Shown here in pieces: positions 1 to 12,447 of a stretch of DNA of 64,000 bases. Source of the stretch: Basidiobolus meristosporus CBS 931.73. Its lineage: Eukaryota > Fungi > Basidiobolomycota. Position 1 is the first letter of the stretch. Each line of letters starts with the position of its first letter. The stretch covers positions 62,001 to 126,000 of the forward strand of contig MCFE01000022.1 of the NCBI GenBank assembly GCA_002104905.1. The letters are read 5' to 3'. A model generated the notes under the pieces. The model saw only the letters and a list, made by a program, of their open reading frames with translations, ran no database searches and was not told the origin of the DNA. A program made the translations under genes and the position numbers.

Positions 1-2102
1 TTTTGCATCCTCAAATTGCTGCGCCAGGTTTGCTCGCGAAGAGGCAGCTTCGGGTGTGGCGGGCCATCCCTTAGGACTAGCCGAAATGGGCGTGCTAGAA
101 TCGATTTGATTCACAATCCCGCCCAAGCATTGCGTGAATTCCATTGGGATGGATTCGGTTTGGTCATCGTTGAGCTCTTTTCTGGGTTCTTCGGGTTTGT
201 CCAGCACTTCATTTTGAATTCCCCCTACGCATTGAGTTAACTCCATGGGGAGTGACTCAGTTTGATCTTGCATCGATTGATCCAGAATAGTATCAGTTAC
301 ATCAAAAGCAGCTTTACGTGGGGTGGACATGGAGGCTGATGGTGTCTCAGCTCCGGTGCTGATGCACTCGGTGATTTCCATGGTCATTTCTTCCGATGAC
401 TCATCTAGATCTGGTGCTCCTTGCTGCTCAACAATTCCGCCAAGGCATTTGGTCTCATCCATAGGAAGAGACTCGGTAACATCCTCATTCCCGGATGGAA
501 GAACGGTGTTTGATTTGCTGGGGGTGCCGTTGAATGGAATCTCTACAGTGTTGCCAGCCAGATCCATAGGCACACTTTCGGTTTCATCATCATCTAGCAA
601 GCAGAATTAGCGCACAGGGACAAACGTGGGAGGGGATCTTCATAAGCTTACTTGGCTCGTCTGTGCGATCAAACATATCAAATGCCTTTTTCTGGGTTTC
701 CTGTGAGTCTGACTTTCGCTCGCCTCCATATCCCCCGAATCCTCCAAACCCAACATCATGTACCAGAGGACGACTAGGGATACCCCAAGATACTGAAGAA
801 GGAAAGTGGGTAATAGGATTGCTCAGTGCACTCTTTTTGGACTCTGATGAACTGATGTCGGCTTCTTCTTCAGCTACAGTACTCTTTATAGGGGTGTTGT
901 TGCTGTTGGCTAATTCTTCGGGAGCTTGATAAAAAGGTTAGGAATTACCAACGCAGACCATTCATTGCGAAAGTACCTTGCTCGGCGGTGAAGCTTTCAC
1001 TCAAATCCATATCTGAGGTCTCTGGCTCAAATGCTGGATCCTCATTTTCTTTGTTTTCAGCGTCGTCACTAGAAGATGGTTCCTCTTGGGCTTCGGTGGA
1101 AGTTTGCACGGTGTTCTCCTTTTGCTCGTCTTCCTCTGCTTGGTCTGTTTCTTCGGAATTTTTCGACAGAGCAGCATCTTCATCATCAGCCGAGTCCTTG
1201 ACATGGACTTCGAAGCTGCGATCACTATGGTATTCATGTTACTAAGAAGGTTCACGAGTGTGTATCTTTAAAAGAATCGCGTACTGTGATTCAGAGCCAT
1301 TTTCCGAATGAAAGGATGTATCGGCCTCGGTGCTTCTGCTTTCATCCAACGACAGGCGCAAATCAAACGCATTGCTAAATAGCAGCATATTAGATCGCGT
1401 TACGAAAATATCGGAACAAGAGGCAAGTAGATACCTGGTGCGAGCAACCGATGATAGGTCAGGTATTTGAAACAAGCTTTCCCCAGTAGCTTTCTCATCA
1501 GGCATTTCGAATTCGGAAGGAAGGGAGAACAGTTGACCCTCCTGTTCCTCAACCTCATCCTCATCTGGGCTCTCTTCGATCCCTTCATTCTTCCAACCTT
1601 CATTTTCTCTATCAAAGAGTCTATTCCAAAGGGTGTAAGCTCAATAAACTTGCTGATGAGATCATCGTAGATGTTATCAGCTTACCTAACGTGAGCAGTG
1701 GCAGCAAAGCTTACTCTACGTCCCACCGCTTTCTTGATTCGTTTTCTTTGCTCGCTTGAATAAAAACATTAGAATCTGGCGAAAGGTGAGCAGTGGCAGG
1801 CAGTCTTATTACCTTGTGCTTGATTCCACAACAGTTTCGCGTTCATACTGACTGTTGGCTGAACTAGGCTCCAACTCTGTTTCCTCATTGCTTCTTAGAA
1901 TACTTCTAGCGGGTAGCTGAAGATAGGGTCAAGTTTAGTTTTGGTATATAATGCTGGCACGGTGTTGAAAGTTCCTTACTGTGATTCTTCTTTTTTTGGA
2001 GTCTTGAAACTCATCTCCTACTCCCTTGTTCTCTTCCTCAGGTGAGTTGGAAGCCTTCGAGAACAATTTGTCGGAATTTGGTAAGCTTTGCCTTCTATCC
2101 AT
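1..2102 (-). CDS. SPC105: Kinetochore scaffold Spc105/Spc7/KNL1, 5' part (multi-exon; 3' end outside the window)
   Basis: Manual splicing from ATG 2102 (MDRRQSLPNS...) across GT-AG introns gives an N-terminal SILK-like motif (RSILRS) and RRVSFAATAHVRLF, the PP1-docking pair. An acidic disordered region follows, then MELT-type repeats TESLPMDETKCLGGI, TMEITECI, TESLPMELTQCVGGI and TESIPMEFTQCLGGI. The frame stays open to base 1. Confidence 0.87.
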
Positions 2103-3173
2103 TGCTTGGTTGTGTGTACAGGAGTGTCGCGTAAAATGTTCGAGCTACTTAGTTGTGCGCATCAAGCATTTGTTATTCAACAGATTGAAAATTTATTGGT
2201 CATGTTAAAATGTAAACAAGCACATTTCATAGTCACATTATTGATCCAATATGATGGAATATTTCATCAAAGCAGATAATTTTAATTACCGAAATATCCA
2301 CCCCAATCAACTGAACTAAATCTATGGTTAGTTTAACAAGAGTTAATCTGATGGCAAGGGCCATTCATTCAACCGAAGTAAAGATCCGTCTTGATCGGGA
2401 CAGTCGGTGAGAATGCGCACAAAGGCATCGGCACTTTCGTCTTTTCTCAAGTTATCTTTCGGGTTGACAGGAAAAATACAATTTGCCAAAAGCTTAGGCA
2501 AAAGTGTCACAACACCTGCCATATTGAGTCTGAGACTTCCTTTCGGTTATATTGAACGTGCTGTCTCATATTGTTTGATATAAATCTCCCACAGTAGACA
2601 TGCCAAATTAAAATCAAAAACAATGGGACTAGAGTATTCCATGTTAACTATGCTTGTGTGTTTCAGAGATAGCAAATGATGCCTACCGTGTATCACGCTT
2701 ACATTTCACATTGACAAGCTGCCCTAGGCTTGCTGCACTCATTACTTTCTTACGAATCAACATTTGGCATTGAATATGCTCGTAACTCTGGCAAGAGAAT
2801 ACACGCAATCAACTCTACCTCTCCAACCTGCATGAAAAGACCGATCACCAGTGAGTGTCTAAAACAACTATGGGCGTAGAGCATCGTGTCCTTCTGAGCA
2901 GATTTAATTGAACAACGCCTAGCTCCAGTTCTCACCACTGTAGGACAATTATCCATGCCTTCCCATAGAGGTACCTGGGTTTTTTAGAACCTTAGTTAAC
3001 CTCCCTAACGTGTAATCTAATCTAGGATAGATTCCAGTATTACTCCGATATTGTATTGTAGAATCGTACTTTGTAAAATCCAAATTCGTATATTTATAAT
3101 CCTCCTTTCTGCCCTGCTCTTCATATCGCCCGTTTTTCTTGAAGTCGCCCCGCTTTTCATATCCTTTCACGCT

Positions 3174-4422
3174 ATGGTAGCAAAGTCACAGCAGTCGGGA
3201 GCTAGCTATCCCTTTTGGTTTGGTGGTATACTTTGCACATTGCTGAAAGGCTCCAAGAGTAGAGTCTCTCAACTCACTGGTTTTGTTCCTTAGGTGCGGC
3301 TGCAATGTGGGGCACTGTTTGTACTCACCCCTTTGATGTTGTTAAAGTGAGGCTACAAACGAATGAGTCGCGTGCAAACGTTGGTGCTGTTCAAACCTTA
3401 GTTAACACGATAAGGAAAGAAGGCCCTTTTGCAATTTACAACGGCCTAAGCGGAAGTCTGTTCAGACAGGCTGTAAGTTGTGCTCTATCCGTCTCCTCAA
3501 GACCCTTTCTAATATGCTCCTAGACTTACTCCACCACTCGCTTTGGAGTGTATGATATATTGAAGAGGAAAGTCGCCAGCGAAGACGGTATTCCCTATTA
3601 GCCAAAGTTATACTAGTACAATATAACTTAATTTTTGGTTTACTCTTTAGGCACAATCCCAGTGTGGAAATCACTATTAACCTCCATGGTATCGGGTAAG
3701 GCTTACCTTAGAATTCTAATCCAGATTTCTATCTACTAATACAACTATATTAGGCTGCCTGGGTGGGGTAGTTGGCAACCCAGGAGATGTTTTAACCATC
3801 AGGATGGCAAATGATGGCAAACTACCACTCGAATTACGCAGGAATTACAAGCACTGTTTCGATGGTCTTTACAAAATTGGTCGTGATGAGGGAATTCTGG
3901 GATTGTTTCGTGGAGTTGGCCCCAACACAGTCAGGGCGATTTTCATGAACAGTTCCCAACTTGCTAGTTATGACCAGTTTAAGCAACTTTTGTTGTTTAA
4001 GCTCCATCTTCAGGATAACGTTTATACACATTTCGCTGCAAGTCTCTTGGCGGTAAAACCTTAATTTCTCAATGCCGAAGCCACTGCAAGCGCTAATCCA
4101 CATTCTAGGGACTTGTGGCGACGACAGCCTGTGCCCCTGTGGATGTTATCAAAACACGTGTTATGAACTCGGCCAAGAAAGAGGTTTCTAATTGGTACAT
4201 GCCGTGAAATCCCCAGAATGTCGCAGTAACCCGCTTTATCTCTAGAATGCGATCACCGTGCTTACAAGCATCCTGCGAAACGAAGGCCCTAAAGCCCTAT
4301 TCAAGGGTTGGCTCCCAGCCTACATGCGTCTGGGTCCTCATACAATCATCACCTTTGTGACCTTGGAAAAGATCCGGCAACTCTGGGATAGTCGCAGGGA
4401 AATCGCCATGGCCACTATCTAG
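3174..4422 (+). CDS. DIC1: Mitochondrial dicarboxylate carrier (SLC25A10/Dic1 type), 7 exons
   Basis: Spliced product MVAKSQQSGASYPFWFGGAAAMWGTVCTHPFDVVKVRLQT...GNPGDVLTIRMANDGKLP...RNYKHCFDGL...CAPVDVIKTRVMN...LFKGWLPAYMRLGPHTIITFVTLEKIR. It has three Px[DE]xx[KR] carrier repeats and the YPFWFGG start typical of Dic1. Six GT-AG introns; stop TAG at 4420-4422. Confidence 0.9.
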
Positions 4423-4427
4423 CCTAG

Positions 4428-4459
4428 CTGCAACTGCAACTGCAACTGCAACTGGAACT
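4428..4459. repeat. (CTGCAA)n hexamer microsatellite just after the DIC1 stop
   Basis: ctgcaa x4 followed by ctggaa, read directly. Confidence 0.9.
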
Positions 4460-5121
4460 ACCATATTTATTCCCAATCAAATTTTGTCCCCAATTTACCT
4501 TCACCCAATACACATGACGAATCCTGATCTTGCCTTTTGTGCCACTCTGCATGCTGATTATCATTGCTTACATACACATTTTTTGCAAATTCTGTAATAG
4601 ATAAAGAGCATTTCGACAATCTTCTCTTTACATGTGCATGTTACACGTTATCGTCTTCACAAGGTTTAGCGTCGTAGAGGGGTAATTCTTCGATAGGGGT
4701 GCACTGACGTTCTCACATGATCGTCTTTGGCCCGCCCTCAGATGATTTTCGTATTGCTGTTATAATCACTGCGTAAAGAACTGCTCATTTCGTCATTCTT
4801 TTCAGTTCTGCATGATAATAAGATGATTTGTAGTTGGACGCGTCAGGAATTAGACCAGTACCAACACAATTAATGCATAAAGTGCATCCATATATAGTAA
4901 GAGGAGTGAGAATTATGTAATCCTAATGCTTATGGTACTCCTGCTTCCGTTTACATCATCTTGATTTCAGTGTATGCTGATTCGGGTACACACTAACGAT
5001 GTCAATGCTTTAAGCTTTGCGAGGAATTGATCCTAACTTTTACCCGTCAAGCTGGAAGCAGGCGCTTTTTCTTTATCGTTATTGTTGTTGCTCAAAGAAG
5101 CCAGAAATATATGCTGCTATC

Positions 5122-7997
5122 ATGGCCTTTAACTCGCACCCTACCGAAAGACTGACAAACAAACGAAATGAGACTAACGACAGCATCCGCCAGACCATAT
5201 ATCAAGTGGAGAAGGACCTGACGCACAATCTACTATATAGTGCCAAACTTAAAATCATTTCTGCATTAATGAAGTTTGAGAATGTGCCCGAGCTTGAGGT
5301 TAGTCTAGCATTTTCTACTATTGGAGCTTCCAAAGCTGATATTTATATTTGCCAATCTTCCATAGATACTTGCCTTTCGAATTGCCGTATCTGAAGATTG
5401 CTATCCTTCTGCCGTCAGCTGCATGAGACAAATGTCGGTAAGCACTGAATGAATAACCTGGCACAGGCTTTACACCAACCACTGATTTTTCGGGATATTC
5501 CAGTCGAAGTAGATATCGTTTGTCAGCCACATATCGAAAATTTATCATCGAGTTCGTACATTTTGTTCTCCACTGCTGCCAAAGTCGCTATCGAAGTAAG
5601 TATCGCTATGTATCGTCTTGTAATATGATAAATCACCATCACAACCTATCACCTAATCCAATCATTTCAGAATTTTTAGAGTCTATAGACTCTGCTCTAC
5701 GCAAAGCGATATTATTAGATGCAGCAGGTATCTGATTTTACGAGTATTTTTGAGCTGTGTAGGTAGTAGTAACAGCTTGGCAAATTCAGAATCTCTAAGA
5801 ATGGAGGAGCGGCATTTTGAGTCGATGAGGGTTTATGGCCTGTTGCTTACATATTTTCCAGACTCCGTCCTGCAATACGGGGTAGGTTTTCAAATTGTAG
5901 CCTTCCTAAACGCAATGGTGGAAATATTGAGCACGCTTGATGACTTAGGTGCCGATATTAGATTCCATTATTGAAAACGAGTTGAATAATGACCAACTTC
6001 CCTTGTTTAGCGCTTACCGCAGTTTCATAGGTAAATCTCATAGTGGCATAGAGTAATATCTATTCTAACATTTCTACCCAGCTGAGTGCGTATCTCCTTT
6101 GATATTCCAGAACAAGTTCTATATTGCTTCGTCACCAGCACCGGCTTTATTCGACCATGAGAATGTGCCAGCCTCTGCGCGTCTTGATTATACAAATTTT
6201 GTTGGTTATATCGAAGCATCTCTTAGCTATTACTTAGGGAGACGGGATTGGGGTCGAATGTACAAGTTCTTTGTTCGGGCAATGTGCAGTTCTGGATATC
6301 TAAAAAAAGATTGGTACAGTGGTTAGATTGCGTATTCATCAAGCAAGCATACTCATTTCATTTACTTTATGCTTGACTGAAGCGAGGAAACTATTTTGAA
6401 GGGTTCTCTGAAATCGGCATTTCTGTATCCGGATCTTTTGTTACAGCACATCGATAATCATAATCGATTCCCTGGTGAGCTTCGCTCCATACTCTATCAC
6501 AGTTGCCTTGTCCAAGTTGCGAATGATTACTTCGCAGTAGCATTCGGATTACACGACTCACAATGCGTTTCATCTGGTTTGTATAATGTCAACTGTCAGC
6601 CTAAGGAAGTTACGTAACTGATTCAGTTGGTAGGGTTTGGTAGAATGTTGATAATCCCAATTGATTGCGCCAACCATCATGCTGAGCACCAAGGAAAAGA
6701 ACCAGAGAGTAAAATCAGGATTCTCGCGTTGGGATGCTGACTTCGAGACTAATTATCAAGTGCTTCTATAGTGCGACACTTTGATCCTTGTGTTGAGAGC
6801 TTTGCGCTTTTGAGGTCAGCAGGTTATGTGATCCATTCCTTACAAGAGTTTTCGTCTAGTTATGAGCAAGGTATTTTAATATACACCAATCGTACTATAA
6901 CCAGCCATTTGACATATTACACCCCTTATTCTAGAGATGAAGTCCGTTTTTTCTCGCTGGAAAGTTCCCCAGAGTGTAATCAACGCGGTTACGTTGTGTC
7001 AAGCAGATTGGGAGCTATACCAGGTTTGCTACAACTTTCGTGTACGTGCTGTAAAGTCTATTACTTACTCTTGTATGACAGAAATCTTATTTAAAAGCGA
7101 ACATATTGTATGACATATATCTACACCAATTCCATCTGGACTGGCAGAGCAAGCAGGGAGAGAGATCTCGAGCATTGATACAAAACTTCTTAATCCCGTT
7201 TCGAATACTCTACTGCCGCGGCCTTATCTATAGAGCTCTTGGTGATTTTCGACAAGCACGGTTGAATCTATTACCCATTCTTTGCTCGCTACCCTTCAAC
7301 AATATCAATGAGCTATATGTAGGCCATGAGAATCACGACATAGTGCCTTTTCGTGCTGCTAGTGCTACCGAGCTATTTGCCAGTGCGTATATTCAAATTT
7401 TGAATGCGTACGAAATGGATATGAGAGAAAATGGAGTAAAAGAGACGCTGCTATGGAATTTCGTCTCGTTATCCCAATATACAGCACTTGAACGAGATCA
7501 CAGAATCGCATTCTTCTGTGAAAATATTGTTTGTGTGAAGAAAGTGCACCACGATCTTTTCGACCAGATTTTCGGTAAGCAACCTATCCAAATATCTATT
7601 CTTGCTTAACATTAACGATTTCTTGGCGATTAGATGAAAATATTATACAATCTCTCTACTCGTTTCTTGCAAAGGTATGGTATCTTGCCGGCTTCAAAGT
7701 ATGGAACTGTATCTCTAAAGCACTTTTTAGACGGGGATTAATGTTTCTGCAGCTGAACCACCATTGAATCTGGACCAGTTCAAGGCGAAATTCAAATATT
7801 CGAAGCCACCTCCCGATGATTACAAATCCTTGCTAGTAAATACAGCTAGGCGTGCATATACGCAGGAGCGTAATCAAGTACTATAGTTCCTCCAATTTTG
7901 TATCGTTGTAATGTAGGTATCTTTTCAGAACTTCGTGTATTACGATACCTTGGACTTACGCTCTTTAGCTCTTAGGTTATCAGATAGTTTCGTTTAA
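5122..7997 (+). CDS. INTS10: Integrator complex subunit 10-like helical-repeat protein (multi-exon)
   Basis: Collinear resemblance to metazoan INTS10 as recalled: LYSAKLKIISALMKF ~ LWAAKAWLITARSLY; HQPLIFRDI ~ DQPVVWREI; LLLTYFPDSVLQYG ~ LLLRRFPETVVQHG; YRALGDFRQARLNLLPILC ~ HFALGEYRMTCEKVLDLMC; DDYKSLL ~ EDFRLAM. Start ATG 5122 and stop 7995-7997 are predicted, and some internal exon boundaries are unresolved. Confidence 0.75.
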
Positions 7998-8280
7998 TTT
8001 ACTCGCCTAATCGCCCTATATACACATTCAGAATTCACTTCTTATCCCGGATTTTTATTAGTATTTGAGAAGTTCAGAGAACCGGACAATACTGACCGAA
8101 AAGATAGTGATTAGGTTTAGAATCATGTTATAATTAATAAAACTTCAAGTCACTCCATTTTGAGTATATGCATTCCAAATAATCTGATACTGCGGCCGAT
8201 GAAGGTCACGTGACAGTAATATGATTTCACAACAGTCTTTGGACTAACAAATGTTATTGTTTACGGTGATCTCAAGAAGG

Positions 8281-11200
8281 ATGGTCAAATATGACTTTAA
8301 TATGGATTCTTCGTCAATTCGAGAGTACCAAAACTATCGACCTCCTTCTAGAATGTCAATAAGACCCGAAGATATTGAAGTAGAACTTCAGAGAGGAGTA
8401 CTTAGTGAAGAGCTTCTGAAGGAAGTTTTAATATCCTTTTTAGTACGAATTGCGTTGGTAACGATAAACCACCTTGAATTCCTTGACTCCCAGAAACAAT
8501 ACTATTTCAGACCATAAGAATCCCCCCGAAGTAAAAGCCAGACTTATCACCACCTTATGCCAGCAACTACGCGAGTCTATTCTGCCACAGTTTAATTTGA
8601 ATCAGTTTGTAGTTATAATCGTTAGCAAGGTGCCTCAAACATCAAGCCGCTTTTCCAACTATGAGCTCAATCTAATACAAACTTACGCTTCCGCCTTAGA
8701 TATCAGACTTGGCGAGAAGAACCTTGGAGAATATCAGCTCGACATTCAGTTGCAATTCCAATCGCGAGTTAGAATTGCTCGTCAACTCGTTGATGGTACT
8801 ATTCTTGCTACCGTGGCCCCATATGCACCGTGCTAATTACTTTTCGATAGCTTGAAATATGTTACGCCGACCTATTATCACTAGCTCTTCTCAAGATAAA
8901 GGAATTGGTTGAATCTGGAACGGAGAATGCACACACGATATTTGATGATAGCGGGCTTCATAACGAAGAAGAGCCATTCAATGTATGCAATACTGGAATT
9001 TTATCATATTGCTATTTCTCACTCGAGAGGTGTAGGGTATGTATATTGCTAATATACGAATGGTAGAAATGCTTGGTCTGACCCATCCTTGGTAGGTATT
9101 TATTGGAAAACCATCAGTTCAAGATGAAGCAGTTGCCTCGAACTTTGATCGTTGGTACAAAGCTGCATTCGATCTTCTGAAAAACCATCTCTTGTTTCTA
9201 CTAGAAAGTTTTCCTAAGCACCCTACACTTTCACAGTATGCGCTACTTTTCAATCGAGTTGCCAATGGTATGTGTCGAATCCTTTCGCTTCGGTAGTGCA
9301 GACTCCTTTCTTATATGAAATTTAAGCTTGCAATCAAATTATTCCCATTTGTGAGATTGCCGAGTCCGACTTCACTCTGCTCAATCTGTCATGGAAGCAC
9401 CTTTCAAAGCTTATAGCCCAATACAAGTCTCCTATCATGGACGAAACTTTGAAGGTAAATCCTAAATAGCGTCAAGGGAAAGTCTTGGTTTTCACCGGTT
9501 TCCACGTAACAGGTCGATGCCATTAATTCTTGTTTGATCACTGGCATTCTACAGCAGTTGAAAGAGATAGATGTTCTATTTTCTTCCAAAGACACGTCTT
9601 TACCTCAAGTAAAGCGGCATGTTACGGTTATTCGCTTTTATTTGTCGCACATACAAACCCTTCTACGGCTTTATGGGAATGTTCTTTGTAGTCGTGATGA
9701 GACTATAAAAGCAATGCTTTCATGCTTCTATATTCTGCGAAGTCGAATTACTCCCTCTCCACGTGGAAGTACAGTGCCATCCCAAATCATGGCTATGCTC
9801 TGTGAGTCCTTATTACCTTCCATCGATAACATCACGGCGATCATTCTTGTTGGTAAAGCGATGTCGGAAGAGGATCGAGTCAAACTCATAACCATGCTTG
9901 TTGATCCTCTCCATCTCGAAAACTCGTGCGAGCCAACGTTTCAAGCTGTCACGCGAGAAGATATTCTATTCTCCAAGATTCAGCTTGGCCAAAACATGAT
10001 CCAAAATTTCAACGAACTCTCGGAGGAGGCTCAGCGTCGCTTGTTTCCCGACTCGAATCAACCTAGTAGTAACTGCATCCTACGAAATTTCCTACGACTT
10101 GTAGACTATTTGCCATTAAGTTATTTCGTCACCAATGAGTTCCCCAGTACGAGCGATGAGGCCTTGGGGGACTGCCAGGATTTCGGAAACGAGCTTTACC
10201 AGCAGGTGGTTGTATCGGTGGCTACTTTTGTTCACAGCCTGTCGAATCAATTTCCAACATGGGAAATGCGATCTTTCGAAGCGCTGTTAAGCTCACACGG
10301 CATCGCATCGATTGTTATTCTTGATGTCTGGACATTTATTGCAAGAGATTTGAACGGGGAAGCCATTTTCAATATTATCAATTCGGTGCTGAAGCTCGTA
10401 AGTTCCTCACCTGAAATATTGCCTGTTACAGACACTCACTCTCAATTGATTCAGATACCGAATCTGTACCATATCAACCCAGTCGCTTTGTACCTACGTC
10501 ATATGTTGGAAAGGCTGCTTCCGTATCTACAACCCGGACAGAAGGTGCTACAATTTGTAGTCGTTTTTCTTTGCTTCTCTCTAATGTCAGCCAAAGAATA
10601 CTTTAGGCAGCCAGCTGCTGATATCGATCCCAGGTGGCAATTCGTTACTGAGCATTCCAATGGAATCTCTCAAAATATGGGCATCCTTACCAATCAATAG
10701 GATATATAGTAGATCCCCACAAGTAGCAACTGGTCATTTTAATGTTTGATGCTCATTTAGCTGATACCGTGTTATTTCTGACAGCTTCAAACCATGTTCC
10801 AAAGTATATCTGAACTTCATCGGAATCTAGCAGATTCGGTCCCATTGAATGCCCCCGACGCCGTAGAAATCTTCTTTACCCTAGTAAGTTGCAATTGAGT
10901 ATGTTTCATAGGAATATACTTACATACTTGAAGTCGCTGCCGGTTGATGTATTGGCAAATATGCTTGACAGTGGTTTGATTACTCTGGATTCTTCTGCCT
11001 CCAATGGCCTGGCACTATCAGTGTTATCCTGTTTGAAAAAATACAGCGAATCCATTCAGGCCGGCAAGCCAGGATCAGAGGTTGAGATGGTGAAGGTTTG
11101 TTATCCAAGCTTCAATTTATATGGCTTCGTACGTACCAACCATTTCTTAGATATTCTCGACCCTCGAATCCCACATCAATTTGCTGACCCAACTACATCC

Positions 11201-12010
11201 ACTTGAGCCGAAGCTGGTCCTCGAGGTAACATCTCAAGGTCGATTTTAATTTTGTCCATGAATTGCAAGCTAGAACACCAAATTAGGCGCTGGATTTATT
11301 CTCTCAGTGGTTCACCGTTCCATCGATTGTACAGAGCATACCCAAGGCCTGCATCTGCCGATTTATCGGCAAATGTGGCATGGTAAAATTCTCACAGTCA
11401 ACCATGAAGGTAAGTATTAGCACTCTCTTCTTTTGTATGCTCGAAAATTGACATTTGTAAACCGTAGGAGGCAACCGCGGAAAGACTGGCAGACCTCTGC
11501 AGAAATATCCTATCGAGTGGAAATTGGCTAGTAATACAAGAGTGCCATACGCAATTGGTACGGGAATACCGTCGATATCGTTACTACCCACGATTAACAC
11601 ACAGTTCCCGTAATAGGTCTACTTCGCCACTTACGCCTCCCACGTCGAGATGGTTGAGAAAATGATCCCAGAATCTGCACAACCCGCACTCATCAACTTC
11701 GTGGGGAAGATCCCGGTCCCGTTGGAAGGATGCACCTTAGCGAAAGTGAGCCCAACAACGTCTCTTGTTTCTCTGAGCCTCTCTTTAACCACATGCTATG
11801 TAGGCGGTTGTTTCTTCCAAGCCACAGGTCGAGCCCATGGTCATAGACAAAATCGTTGAACTTGTGAAGAACCATCAGTCCCGAGTCGTGGAGCGGATCT
11901 CAAACAGCACGACGAGATCCAACGAAGGGAACGCCAGCTTATTGGCTCAGGTCCAAAAGTTGAACTTGTTGCTGGAGCAGTCGGGTCCCGCGGTCTCCAA
12001 CTGTTCATGA
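8281..12010 (+). CDS. FIRRM: FIRRM/C1orf112 (FLIP, FIGNL1-interacting regulator of recombination; DUF4487-like) homolog, multi-exon
   Basis: The long exon (ORF 9534-10700) contains ELYQQVVVSVATFVHSL...IASIVILDVWTFIAR ~ human LYQHVCVHLCTFITSF...ITSLLAMDAWCFLAR. Later exons give ESLKIWASLPI ~ ENLPLWQHISF and LSSGNWLVIQECHTQL-VYFA ~ LADRSWLLEQHTLEAFTQFA. Start is ATG 8281 or 8302; the predicted last exon ends at TGA 12008-12010. Confidence 0.75.
8431..8497 (+). other. U12-type (minor spliceosome) AT-AC intron, first intron of the FIRRM-like gene
   Basis: 5' end ATATCCTTT (8431-8439) is the exact U12 consensus. Branch TTCCTTGAC lies at 8479-8487 and the intron ends in AC at 8496-8497. Removal joins ...ELLKEVL to NTISDHKNPPEVKARL in phase 0; unspliced, the first frame stops at 8517. 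Confidence 0.87.
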
Positions 12011-12447
12011 CGATCCTCCACTAAGGGAAGAGCTTGGAAAGCTGAAGAATTATTTGATAGAACTTTTGCGATGATCGTGGGCGATCCGCCACACTTTGTC
12101 TTTGTACATGTAAATAGTGGTCTCTCACTGTCGGAGCACTGCTGAACTGGTTTATTTTCCGGCCAGAATGAAGCCGTCGCTTTCGGTTCGGCCACATCCG
12201 TAGCGAAGTATTCGACGAGTTTCTTTGGTTGTGGCGATGCATGAAGGCCTCGGGTGTGTGCGTTCCACTCGATTTCATCATCTTCATTGGGAGAGCAGGG
12301 TGAGGGAGAGGGGATGTTTCGTTCACAAATAAACATTAGAGCATTTTATACGAGTAATATACAGGAATCTAAAGGTAGCGTTGACGTCTTCGGCATGTTG
12401 CAATCCCGTGCCGTTTCTACAGTATGTCGGTGGATCGATGCGCCAGT

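Noticed and set aside
16-1670. Plus-strand Ser-rich ORFs in the supplied track (e.g. 323-610, 663-929, 988-1245)
   Set aside because: They are antisense shadows of the acidic SPC105 exons. The same applies to most short ORFs opposite TE reading frames.
1770-1800. 13-bp TGCCACTGCTCAC repeated in a SPC105 intron and in the next exon
   Set aside because: A single short duplication with no evident function.
3159-3167. ATATCCTTT (U12 donor consensus) just upstream of DIC1
   Set aside because: It lies 7 nt before the ATG, so using it would remove the conserved YPFWFGG start. No matching U12 branch and AC were found.
2103-3173. Short ORFs between SPC105 and DIC1
   Set aside because: No homology cues or coherent splice structure; treated as a divergent promoter region.
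5513-5559. Possible second AT-AC intron in INTS10 (ATATCGTTT...GTAC) that would fix a frame conflict
   Set aside because: The donor has a mismatch at +6 and there is no CCTTRAC branch. A GT-AG alternative (about 5503-5552) also restores the frame. Unresolved without RNA-seq.
11504-11515. ATATCCTA in the FIRRM region
   Set aside because: It falls inside an exon whose translation (CRNILSSGNWLV) matches FIRRM.
11947-12336. 129-aa minus-strand ORF between FIRRM and rad9
   Set aside because: No recognisable motif; it overlaps the FIRRM 3' end and lies beyond the predicted rad9 stop. Probably UTR or intergenic.
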